Source: an uncultured Gaiellaceae bacterium (GTDB lineage Bacteria > Actinomycetota > Thermoleophilia > Gaiellales > Gaiellaceae). From it: a stretch of DNA of 64,000 nt. The stretch is taken from positions 32,304 to 96,303 of the forward strand of contig CAVTSN010000021.1 of assembly GCA_963737455.1 (NCBI GenBank). The letters are read 5' to 3'. The number at the start of each line of letters is the position of its first letter. Position 1 is the stretch's first letter. A model generated the notes under the pieces. That model did no database searches. It was not told where the DNA came from and saw only the letters and a list, made by a program, of their open reading frames with translations. Below, in pieces: positions 23,073 through 32,973 of this stretch. A program made the translations under genes and the position numbers.

Positions 23073-23368
23073 GCCGCAGGCGGGGTCTTCGAAACCGCCG
23101 GCTTGCGCGCGGCGGGCTTCTTCTTCGGCGCCGGCTTCGGCTTCGCCGTTGCCGCGACCTGCTTCTCGAGCTTCGCGACGCGCTTCTCGAGCTCGTCGAG
23201 GCCGCGGAGCTTCTTCTGCATCTCGTCGAGCCGGGTCTTCGAATCGTTCATCATGTCGACGAACTTCGAGCCCCCGGGCATGTCCGAGAGCCTGTTCAGC
23301 GCCTCGTGCCCGAGCTCCGTGAAGCGGGCGAGGATGTCGTTCTGTTTGGTCGTGCTCGTTTTCGGCAT
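23069..23368 (-). CDS. small coiled-coil protein with Lys/Pro/Ala-rich basic tail (phasin- or histone-tail-like; unknown function)
   Basis: 99 aa, GC3-rich. Contains LDEMQKKLRGLDELEKRVAKLEKQV and the tail KPKPAPKKKPAARKPAVSKTPPAA. Its stop overlaps the convergent kinase stop. Confidence 0.7.
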   Translation of the reverse strand: MPKTSTTKQNDILARFTELGHEALNRLSDMPGGSKFVDMMNDSKTRLDEMQKKLRGLDELEKRVAKLEKQVAATAKPKPAPKKKPAARKPAVSKTPPAA

Positions 23369-23553
23369 GGCGCGATCGTAACTGTCAATTCGGTGCGAAT
23401 GGCGTCTGAAGCAGGTGACGACAACCGGCGACAGCCGACAGGAGGAGTATCACCAGCACTGCAGGCCCGATTTGACGGTAACCAGGTCGATGCACCTTGT
23501 TCACCCTTTCGGATCATGTTGCCACCCCCACAGCCCCTAACGTGAAAGGCGAG

Positions 23554-23724
23554 ATGACAGCCAGCAACATCGGCAAGCGAGCCGGCCACTTGCACGAGCA
23601 CAAGGCCGTGATCGCGCACGCGCTCCGTCAGCACGCCGGGATCCCGTACGAGGTCGAGCAGAAGGTCTGCACCGACTGCCGGACGGTTCTCGACGAGCGC
23701 ACGGTGCGACGCGCGGCAGCGTAG
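23554..23724 (+). CDS. small hypothetical protein (56 aa, His/Cys-containing)
   Basis: ATG preceded by GAAAGGCGAG. Third-position G/C is strong throughout. MTASNIGKRAGHLHEHKAVIAHALRQHAGIPYEVEQKVCTDCRTVLDERTVRRAAA. It is followed by a hairpin element. Confidence 0.4.
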   Translation: MTASNIGKRAGHLHEHKAVIAHALRQHAGIPYEVEQKVCTDCRTVLDERTVRRAAA

Positions 23725-23743
23725 CGCGCGCCCGACGGTGATC

Positions 23744-23772
23744 CCGGGCCGCGAAGCGGCCCCTTAGGGGTT
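23744..23772. repeat. REP-like element: GC hairpin plus CCCCTTAGGGG motif
   Basis: GGGCCGC-gaa-GCGGCCC then CTTAGGGGT. It is related to the elements at 27304-27328 and 52733-52755 (opposite orientation). Confidence 0.55.
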
Positions 23773-23818
23773 TGCGCGGTGAGCAGCCGCTGCCGCGGAT
23801 GCTTATCTTGCGCGGACA

Positions 23819-24218
23819 ATGCACGGCTTCAGGTTTCGACCGAGATCGTCGTCCGCTTCGCCGAGACGGACGCCCAGGGGATCGCGCACCACGCGTCGTT
23901 CGTCGTCTGGTTCGAGGTGGCGCGCGTCGCCTATCTCTCCGAGCATGCGGGCGGCTACCTGGCGATCCAGGCGCAGGGGATCGAGGCGCTGACGACCGAG
24001 GTGAACGTCCGCTATCACCGCGCGGCGTACTTCGACGACCGGCTCCGGGTCTGGACGCGCTGCGTCGACCTGCGCGGCGCGCGCTTCCGCTACGAGTACG
24101 CGGTCGAGCGCGACGGCGAGACTCGATCGCCGAGGGCTGGACCTCGCACGCGACCGTCGACGCGACGACGCGCCGGCCGATCCGGCTGCCCGCCGTGGTT
24201 CGTCGACGCCGTCGCTAG
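23819..24218 (+). pseudogene. acyl-CoA thioesterase (4HBT/YbgC family), frame broken
   Basis: The body reads QVSTEIVVRFAETDAQGIAHHASFVVWFEVARVAYL..VNVRYHRAAYFDDRLRVWTRCVDLRGARFRYEYAVERDGE. It then continues in another frame as IAEGWTSHATVDATTRRPIRLP, with the shift near 24118-24124. The only ATG (23819, MHGF) is out of frame by one with the body, so a second shift or the GTG at 23779 is needed. Confidence 0.7.
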
Positions 24219-26081
24219 GGCTGAGTCGTCGTCGTCGGCTGCGTCGTCGTAGTCGGCTCGGTCTGCGTCGGCGGCACCGGCTTCTCGGCCTTCGGCTTCG
24301 TCTTCGGCTCGGGCTTCGGAGGCGGCTTCGTGCCGACGCGGACGACGCGGTACTCGCCCCGGTAGGAGGTGTTCCACGTCTCGTCGTGCAGGACGTTGCC
24401 GCCCTCGTCGTAGACCTTGCGGGTGACCGCGGTCGCGCGGGCCGGTGAGCCATACTCCTCGATCACCGTCTCGCCCTTGGGCAGGGTCGGATCCTGCGTG
24501 CGCCGGATCGGCGCCGGCCCGGTCTCGGTCATCGAGCCCTCCCCGCTCTCGACGCGCCGCTCGGGGCCGCCGCCGTAGATCGAGACCGTGATCCCGGCGC
24601 CGCCGGACGCTGCGCCGACGAAGACCCAGTTCGGTGTGTCGTTGATGAACCTGAGATCGAGATCGGGGTAGTTGACGGTCGCGTCGCGGCCGAGCTGGTA
24701 GCGGCTGATGTAGAGCGAGTGCGGATTCCGCTCGGCGATCTTCAGGCCCGCTTCCCACGCAGCGTTGAAGACGGTGGTCGCGACCTGCGAGACGCCGCCG
24801 CCGACGGCCTCGTCGTACTCGTCCTTGATGATCACGGGCGCCGAGCGGAAGCCGCGCTCGGTCGTCCGCTCGCCGACGCGGTCGTTGAAGGAGAACGTGC
24901 CGCCCGGAGCGACCAGCGCGCCGTTGAGCAGCGAGACGGCGACCTGGAGGTTCGTGATCCGGTCGGGCGTGCCCGCGTAGAGCGTCGTGTACGAGGACAG
25001 GCGGCGCTCGATCCCCATCGCCTGCGCCTCGGCGGTCGTGCGCTCCGCCTCGGCGGTGCGGACGACGAGGTCCGCCGCCCGCTGGCCGGGCGAGACGGCG
25101 GCGGCCAGCAGCGCCTTCGCGGTCGCGGGCACGTCGACGGCGCGACCGACCTTGTCCGGCACGACCTCGACGCCGTCGCCGACCGGGCGGAACGTCGCGT
25201 CGACGGGCGCGCGCTCGACCGCCTTGCGGAGCTTCGCGAACCACGCCTCGGCGCCGGGGCCGGCGATCGCGATCGTCGGTCGTGCCCGCCACCGGCAGGC
25301 TGAGCAGCTCGGCGATCCGCCAGCGCGGCAGGCGCCAGCGAGTGCCCTCGTACTCGAGGCGGACAGGCGCCGAGAGCGCGGTCCGCGCCTGTCTGGCCGC
25401 GGGCGCGAGGTCGGCGGCCGTCACCTCGACGGGATCGAGCACGACGGGCAGCGCGATCGGCTGGCCGCGCTCGAGCCGTGCGAGCGCGCGGACGATCCGG
25501 GCCGCGGCGACGTCCTGGGCGAGCCGCCGGCCGGGCTGTCCCGGCACGACCTCGACGGCGAGGCCGCGGCGGACGAGCTTGGCTTCGACGTGACGCTGGT
25601 CGATGTCGCGCGCGAGCCCGGCGAGCTTGAAGTCGAGCGCCGCCTCGTAGGCCTGGACCGGCGGCACGATCTCGGTGCCGAAGAATCTCGTCTGCAGGCG
25701 CTTGAAGCCCCGAACGGGGCCGAAGCCCTCGCCTTCGCGGGCGGCCGAATCGATCGCCGCCGCCCAGTCGGCCTCGACGCCGAGCGTCGTCGCCTTGATC
25801 GGGTACTCCGCGCCGCCCGCGGTGAAGACAACCGGCACGCGCGCGACGCGCTCGAAGCGGCTCTGGAGCAGCGATTGCGCCTCTTTCTGGGTGAGGCCGC
25901 CGACATCGACGCCCGCAATGTGGACGCCCTCGGCGATCCGGACCGGCGAGCCTGCGAAGGCAAGGCCGATCAGCGCCGTCAGGACGGCGAGGAGCGCCAG
26001 GGAGACGAGGAGCCAACGTGCGACCAAACGCGCGGAACGGTCCCCCACTCGGGCGCGGACCGGTGTTGCGTCGACCCGCAC
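24215..26081 (-). pseudogene. VanW/YoaR-family protein with G5 domain, single frameshift
   Basis: The N-terminal part has a TM anchor, a PG_binding_4-like GVHIAGVDVGGLTQKEAQSLLQ and repeats, in the frame ending near 25280. The C-terminal part (TIAIAGPGAEAWFAKL..VanW core FSFNDRVGERTTERGF..YISRYQLGRDATV, G5-like GETVIEEYGSPARATAVTRKVYDEGG, PT-rich tail) is in the frame of ORF 24215-25162. The junction is near 25272-25282. Confidence 0.8.
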
Positions 26082-26145
26082 GAGCCGATCAGTGTAGCCA
26101 CGGCGCAGGCGGTCATCTGTTACGGCGTGGTGAAGCTCTGTCGAG

Positions 26146-27330
26146 CTAGCGGCGAAGGTACTGCGTGATCACGTGCCGCTGGATCTCGGACGTACCCTCG
26201 ACGATCTGGAGCACCTTGGCGTCGCGCATCCACTTCTCGACCGGATGGTCGCGCATGATCCCGGCGCCGCCGAGCACCTGGACGGCGTCCGTCGTGACGC
26301 CCATCGCGGCATCGGCGGCGAACCCTTTCGCGTAGGAGCCGAGCAGGCCCGCGTCCTCGCCGGCATCGAGCGCCGCCGCGGCGCGCCAGACGAGCAGCCG
26401 CGAGGCCTCGATCTGCATCGCCATGTCGGCGAGCTTGAAGGAGACGCCCTGCTTCGCGAGCAGCGGCTTGCCGAAGGCATGCCGCTCGTTCGCGTAATCG
26501 GTTGCGTACTCGAACGCCGCACGGGCGATCCCCACGGCCGACGCGGCGACCTGCGGCCGCGAGTGCATGAAGAAGTCCATCGCGATCGCGAAGCCCTCGC
26601 CCTCGTCGCCGAGCAGCCGGTCGGCCGGGATCCGCGCCTCGTCGAAGAGGATCGAGCCCGTGTACGACGAGCGCAGGCCGAGCTTCGGCTCCTTGCGGCC
26701 GGCGCTGACGCCGGGGTCGCCGGCCTCGACGAGGAAGGCGGTGATTGCGCCGTCCAGCTTCGCGAAGACGATCGTCAGCTCGGCGATGCCGCCGTTCGTG
26801 ACGTAGCACTTCTCACCGCTGAGGACGTAGGCGTCGCCGTCGCGGCGCGCCGTCGCCTGGATCCCGGCGACGTCCGAGCCGGCGCCGGGCTCCGTGAAGG
26901 CGATCGCCGCGAGGCAGCCTTCCTCGGAGGCGAGCCGTGTCAGCCAGCGCTGCTTCTGCTCCTCGGTGCCCGCGCGCAGCAGCGGACGCACCGGGAACAT
27001 CGTCGCGCCGATCGGCGCGGCCAGGCCGGCGCAGCCCCAGGAGAGCTCCTCGGCGATCAGGCTCGAGGTCACCGCCGAGACTCCGCCGCCGCCGTACTCG
27101 GCCGGGATCGCGTGCGACGTCAACCCGAGCGCCGCCGCCCTGCGAAGCAGCTCGGGCGGGCAGTCCTCCCGCTCGTCCCACTCGCGCGCGACCGGCCGCA
27201 GCTCCTTCTCGGCGAAGTCGTGCGCCAGATCTCTGAGCTCTCGCTGCTCGGCCGAGAGCTCGAAGCCGATCTCCGGCCGGAAGCGACGCTGATCGCGCGA
27301 AGACCCTAAAGGGGGCCGCTGCGGCCCCAA
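26146..27330 (-). CDS. acyl-CoA dehydrogenase
   Basis: FELSAEQRELRDLAHDFAEKELRP..FTEPGAGSDVAGI..YVTNGG..VEGTSEIQRHVI. The start is uncertain. The only canonical in-frame start near the conserved N-terminus is the TTG at 27330, which lies inside the hairpin element. Confidence 0.85.
   Translation of the reverse strand: MGPQRPPLGSSRDQRRFRPEIGFELSAEQRELRDLAHDFAEKELRPVAREWDEREDCPPELLRRAAALGLTSHAIPAEYGGGGVSAVTSSLIAEELSWGCAGLAAPIGATMFPVRPLLRAGTEEQKQRWLTRLASEEGCLAAIAFTEPGAGSDVAGIQATARRDGDAYVLSGEKCYVTNGGIAELTIVFAKLDGAITAFLVEAGDPGVSAGRKEPKLGLRSSYTGSILFDEARIPADRLLGDEGEGFAIAMDFFMHSRPQVAASAVGIARAAFEYATDYANERHAFGKPLLAKQGVSFKLADMAMQIEASRLLVWRAAAALDAGEDAGLLGSYAKGFAADAAMGVTTDAVQVLGGAGIMRDHPVEKWMRDAKVLQIVEGTSEIQRHVITQYLRR
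27304..27328. repeat. REP-like element: CCCTAAAGGGG plus GC hairpin
   Basis: CCCTAAAGGGGGCCGCTGCGGCCCC sits at the SDR/acyl-CoA dehydrogenase gene junction. Confidence 0.55.
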
Positions 27331-28171
27331 AACCGCAGAAGACGAAGAGCTCGACGCCACCGGAGACCTGCAGCTGGATGCCGGTGATGTAGTTGGCGAG
27401 GTCGGAGCAGAGGAAGCAGATCGCGTTCGCGATGTCCTCGGGCTCACCGGGGCGCTTGAAGACGGTGCGGTTCGCGATCCGCTCGTTCATCGCCGGGTTC
27501 GCGAAGTGGAACGCCTCGGTGCCGATGATCCCGGGCACGATCGCGTTGCACGTGATCCCGTGCCGGCCGCCCTCCATCGCGAGCGTCCGGGTCAGGCCGA
27601 GGATCCCCGCCTTCGTCGTCGAGTAGCTCGCCTGGCCGAAGCCGCCGAGCGTGCCCGCGACCGAGGCCATGTTGATGATCCGGCCCCACTCGCGCTCCTT
27701 CATGTGCGGCCAGACCGCCTGGGCGCAGTTGAAGCCGCCGGTGAGGTTGACGCGGAGGTCGCGCTCCCAGAGCTCCGGGTTCTGGTCGTGGAACTGGCCG
27801 ACATGGTCGAGCGTGCCGGCGTTGTTGATCAGGATGTCGACGGAGCCGAACTCCTCGACGACGCGGTCGACCGTCTCCTTCACCTGATCGCGGTCGGTGA
27901 CGTCGCACTTGATCGCAGCCGAGCGGCGGCCGAGGCCCTGGATCTCCTTCGCCGTCGCCTCGGTGAACACGATCCCCTGCGCCTTCGCCACCTGGGCGAG
28001 CACGCCGTACGACTCGGCGGTCTCGGTCGACTCGTCCGACTCGACCTGGATGTCGGCGATGACGACGTCCGCGCCGGCGCGGGCGAGCGCGAGCGCATCC
28101 GCGCGGCCGAGCCCGCGCGAGCCGCCGGTGACGAGCGCGACGCGCCCGGAGAGATCGATCTCGATAGCCAT
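27306..28171 (-). CDS. short-chain dehydrogenase/reductase (FabG-like); 3' end unresolved
   Basis: TGGSRGLG (cofactor motif), NNAG, S..YSTTKAG (catalytic triad region) and ITGIQLQVSGGVELF (typical SDR C-terminus). No in-frame stop follows, so the frame stays open to 26813 across the next gene. A TAG at 27306-27308 would be in frame after a 1-nt change in the C5 run. Confidence 0.8.
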
Positions 28172-28201
28172 GGGACGATCCTACGTTGGTAGAAGAGGCG
28201 A

Positions 28202-29375
28202 ATGCAGAGGATCGACGTCGCCGAACGGCGCGCCCGCCTCGTCGTGCGCCACCGGCTCGACCCCGCGGCGCGCGCGGCCGATCCGCTCACGGTCGCCCGC
28301 TCGCTCGTGTGCCTGCACGCGACCGACGCCGTCACGGTGTTCCTCTCGATCCGGGCGCGAAGCGACGGCGTCGATCCGGCCGAGGTCGAGCGAGCGCTCT
28401 ACGAGGACCGGAGCCTCGTGCGGCTGCTCGCGATGCGACGGACGCTCTGGGTCGTCCCTCGAGAGCTCCTGCCGGTGGTCTTCGCGGCCGCGACGCGGGC
28501 GGTCGCGGCGACGCAGCGGAAGCGGCTCGAGGGCTTCGTCCGCGACAGCGGCGTCTCGACGCGGCCGGGCGCGTGGATCACGCGCGCGGGCAACGCGGCC
28601 GTCGCGCGCGGTCGCCGCGCGCGGCGAGGCGATGACGACCGAGGTGACCGCAGACGTGCCGCTGCTGGCGAAGAAGCTCCGCTTCGGCTCCGGCAAGTGG
28701 GTGGTCGAGCAGAGCGCGGGAGCGCGCGTGCTGCCGCAGATGGCGATGGAGGGTCGCCTCGTCCGCGGCCGGCCGCGAGGGACGTGGATCAGCCCCCAGT
28801 TCCGCTGGGTCACGACCGAGGACTGGCTTGGCGGGCCGATCGAGGAGCTCGACGTCGCCGCCGCGCAGGTCGAGCTGCTGCGCCGCTGGCTCGCCGCCTT
28901 CGGCCCCGCCACCGAGGCGGATATGCGTTGGTGGACCGGCTGGACGCTGCGAGAGACACGCGCCGCGCTGGCGTCGATGCGGCACGACGGAGGTCGGCCT
29001 CGCGGGCACGACGGGCTACGTCCTCGCCGGCGACGTCGAGCCGACTCCGGTGCCCGAGCCGTCCGCAGCGCTTCTGCCCACGCTCGATCCGACGACGATG
29101 GGCTGGAAGGAGCGCGGCTGGTACCTCGGGCCGCACGGGCCGACGCTGTTCGACTCGAACGGCAACGCCGGCCCGACGATCTGGTGGGACGGCCGCGTCG
29201 TCGGCGGCTGGTCGCAGCGGCGCGACGGTGAGATCGTGCTCGGCCTGCTCGAGGACGTCGGCAGCGACGCTCGCGCGGCGATCGAAGCCGAGGTCGACCG
29301 CCTTCGGGCCTGGGTCGGCGACGTCCGCTTCTCGCCGGGGTTCCTGCCGCCCTTCCAGCGTGCCCTCGGCGAGGG

Positions 29376-29379
<4 letters not shown>
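28202..29379 (+). pseudogene. AlkZ/YcaQ-like winged-helix DNA glycosylase family protein (DUF1006), two frameshifts
   Basis: Three consecutive frames carry one coherent protein. The first is MQRIDVAERRARLVVRHRL..LYEDRSLVRLLAMRRTLWVV..KRLEGFVRDSG. The second is AVAARGEAMTTEVTADVPLLAKKLRFGSGKW..RWVTTEDWLG..QVELLRRWLAAFGPATEADMRWWTGW. The third is TTEVGLAGTTGYVLAGD..LLPTLDPTTMGWKERGWYLG..NAGPTIWWDGRVVGGW. The shifts are near 28607 and 28980. Confidence 0.8.
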
Positions 29380-30554
<1,175 letters not shown>

Positions 30555-30575
30555 GCTCTCTCCTGCTCAAATCGA

Positions 30576-30591
30576 TTGACTAGTCAGTCAA
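30576..30591. promoter_or_regulatory. palindromic operator-like site TTGACTAGTCAGTCAA upstream of the acyl-CoA dehydrogenase
   Basis: Inverted repeat TTGACT/AGTCAA with a nested GACTAGTC palindrome, 22 nt upstream of the ATG at 30554. It shares the 9-mer GTCAGTCAA with the tetR intergenic site at 36723-36731. Confidence 0.5.
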
Positions 30592-30648
30592 GAAGTGTAG
30601 GAGCAATGTAAATGCGGCGTCAACCCCGGCCGCCCGGGGCTAGGCTGG

Positions 30649-32097
30649 GTGTCGATGGGTCTCCGGAGGGTGGTCGTCCTGGCCGCGGCGGTCGCGGTTT
30701 CCTCGCTCGTCGTCCCCGTCGCGGACGCCGCGGTCGGCGCACGCCCGCCGGTCGTCTGGCTGCGGGGCGAAGGCAACTTCACCCCGGCGCACCGATCGGT
30801 GCAGTCGATCGACCGGACCGTCGTCCACGTGACCGAGGGCAGCTTCTGGGGGTCGGTGCGCTGGCTGCGGAATCCGCGCGCGCACGCGTCCTCCCACTTC
30901 GTCGTCTCCCGCAACGGCAGGATCATCCAGCTCGTCCACCTCTCGGACATCGCCTGGCACGCCGGCCACTGGATCACGAACGAGCAGTCGGTCGGGATCG
31001 AGCACGAGGGCTTCACGTACGGGTCGCTCGGATTCACCGATGCGCAGTACCACGCGTCCGCGCGCCTCGCTGCGTGGATCGCGCGCCGCTCGCTGATGCC
31101 GATCGACCGCAAGCACATGATCGGCCACGCCCAGGTGCCGGACGGGCGGGGCGGCCGCGGCGGCTCGAGCCATCACACGGATCCCGGCCCGCACTGGAAG
31201 TGGGACTACTACCTCCGCCTCGTCCGGCGCTATGCCGGCGTGATCCGGCTGAGCGTGAAGCCGCTCCTGCCGGAAGGGCCACTACGGGGAATCGTCTCCT
31301 TCCGCGCCAAGGCGTCCCCGGACATCGGGCGCGTCGAGTTCATCGTCGACGGCCGCGTCGTCCACGTCGACCAGCGGCGCCCGTTCGCGTACGCGCTGAA
31401 CACGGCCAGGCTGGCCAACCGCGGCTACAAGCTGCAGGTGCACGGCGTCGCCGGCCCGGGCCGCTACGACGTCGAGGGGACCCGGGTCGTCGTCGACAAC
31501 AAGACGTTTGCGTTGACGAGCGCCGGCGCGCGCCCCTGGATGCGGGCGCCGGCGAAGATCCGACTGCGCGTGCGTCCCTGGGGCGCCAAGGCGGCGAGGA
31601 TGGTCTTCAGCGTGGACGGCAGGAGGCGTACGGTCGACCGGCGTCCGCCGTTCCTCTTCAGCTGGGGCACGACCCGGGCGAAGCCGGGCCGCCACGTGCT
31701 CCTGGTCGCCGCCACCTCGGTCGATGGCCGCACCGCCGTACGACGGATCCCGGTCGTCGTCTACCGCCCGAAGCCGAAACCCGCGCCGAAACCAAAGCCC
31801 GCACCGAAGCCGGTGCCGCTCGCGATCGCCGGCCAGTCGGTGGCCGACGGCCAGGAGGTCACCGGCCTCGTCGTCTGGCGCGTCGACGTGCGCGGGCGGG
31901 CGGACCACGTCGAGTTCCTCGTCGACGGCAGCTCGCGCGGCAGCGACGTCGCCGCGCCCTACACGCTCGGCTGGAACGCCGACGCCGAGCCCCCTGGCCC
32001 ACACCGCCTGACCGCACGCGCGGTCGCCGCGAACGGCAGGACCGTGGAGGCGTCCGTCACCGTGACGGTGCCGCCACGGCCCGACGGTAGCGGCTGA
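30649..32097 (+). CDS. N-acetylmuramoyl-L-alanine amidase (Amidase_2/PGRP domain) with three Ig-like repeats
   Basis: Signal peptide, then VVHVTEGSFWGSVRWL..SSHFVVSRNGRIIQLV..AWHAG..NEQSVGIEHEG..IGHAQV..HTDPG. Three repeats of about 70 aa share VEF.VDG...PF..W..G.H.L. A PKPKPAPKPKPAPKP linker is present. The start is GTG 30649 or ATG 30655. Confidence 0.9.
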   Translation: MSMGLRRVVVLAAAVAVSSLVVPVADAAVGARPPVVWLRGEGNFTPAHRSVQSIDRTVVHVTEGSFWGSVRWLRNPRAHASSHFVVSRNGRIIQLVHLSDIAWHAGHWITNEQSVGIEHEGFTYGSLGFTDAQYHASARLAAWIARRSLMPIDRKHMIGHAQVPDGRGGRGGSSHHTDPGPHWKWDYYLRLVRRYAGVIRLSVKPLLPEGPLRGIVSFRAKASPDIGRVEFIVDGRVVHVDQRRPFAYALNTARLANRGYKLQVHGVAGPGRYDVEGTRVVVDNKTFALTSAGARPWMRAPAKIRLRVRPWGAKAARMVFSVDGRRRTVDRRPPFLFSWGTTRAKPGRHVLLVAATSVDGRTAVRRIPVVVYRPKPKPAPKPKPAPKPVPLAIAGQSVADGQEVTGLVVWRVDVRGRADHVEFLVDGSSRGSDVAAPYTLGWNADAEPPGPHRLTARAVAANGRTVEASVTVTVPPRPDGSG

Positions 32098-32950
32098 TCC
32101 GTACGAGTTTCGCGTCGAGCTCGCCGGCGCGCGCGAGCGGCAGCAGTGCGGCGACGATCCGACGCGCGTCCCGTGCGCTCGTCGTCAGCACCATGTCGGC
32201 GCCCGCCCGCAGCGCCAGCCGCGCCCAGAACGGCGCGTAGGGGCTGCCGAGGACGCCGATCGAATCGGTGATCGCGACGCCGCGGAAGCCGAGCCGCCGC
32301 AGCAGCTCGTACGTCTCCGGCTCGAACGAGGCGCGCCGCGGCCCGAGCCGCGGATAGATCGCGTGGCCGACCATCACGCACGGGACGCCTGCGCGGATCG
32401 CGGCCCGGAACGGCGCCAGGTCCTGGCTGCGGAGGACGCCGTAGACGCGCGCGACGTCGGTCGACTTCGCCGTCGAGCCGAGGCCCGGGAAGTGCTTGAC
32501 GCAGGCGGCGCTGCCGAGCCCGCGCGCAAACGCGACCCCGTACTCCGGCTTCGCGAACTGGCGCGAGCCGAGTGGCCCGTCCGGGAGGTCGAGGACAGGC
32601 GCGAACGTGGCGTGCACACCGGCCCGGCGGAGCTGCGCGGCCGTCTCGCGGCCGGCGCGGAACGCCTCCGGCGCGCTCCGGTACTGCGAGGCGGCGCGCC
32701 AGGGCGCGAGCGCGCGGAATGTCTTCACCGTCCCGCCTTCCTGGTCGGCGAAGACGATCGCCCGCCGCGGCCGCTCGGCGCCGGTGTTCCACTGGCGGAC
32801 GAGCACGCCGCCGAAGCCGGCCTCTGCCGGCATCCCGGCGACGACCACGGCTTCCGCCTTCTCGCGCGGGGTCATCGCCCCCACCTCGGCCTCGGCGGCG
32901 CCGGAGCCTGCGAGGAGCAGCGTCAGCGCCGGGACGATCGCCGCGAGCAC
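32057..32950 (-). CDS. glycoside hydrolase family 3 N-terminal domain protein (NagZ-like beta-N-acetylhexosaminidase)
   Basis: Signal-like N-terminus. FADQEGGTV, APVLDL, KHFPGLG and VMVGHAIYP motifs. Convergent 41-nt overlap with the amidase gene. Confidence 0.85.
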   Translation of the reverse strand: MLAAIVPALTLLLAGSGAAEAEVGAMTPREKAEAVVVAGMPAEAGFGGVLVRQWNTGAERPRRAIVFADQEGGTVKTFRALAPWRAASQYRSAPEAFRAGRETAAQLRRAGVHATFAPVLDLPDGPLGSRQFAKPEYGVAFARGLGSAACVKHFPGLGSTAKSTDVARVYGVLRSQDLAPFRAAIRAGVPCVMVGHAIYPRLGPRRASFEPETYELLRRLGFRGVAITDSIGVLGSPYAPFWARLALRAGADMVLTTSARDARRIVAALLPLARAGELDAKLVRISRYRRAVAAPSR

Positions 32951-32973
32951 GCGGCCACGGTACCCTTGCGCCG

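Noticed and set aside
23554-23724. Zinc-binding anti-sigma (ZAS) factor assignment for the small His/Cys ORF.
   Set aside because: The HxxxCxxC spacing is absent (the residue four positions before the first Cys is Glu). There is also no adjacent ECF sigma factor gene.
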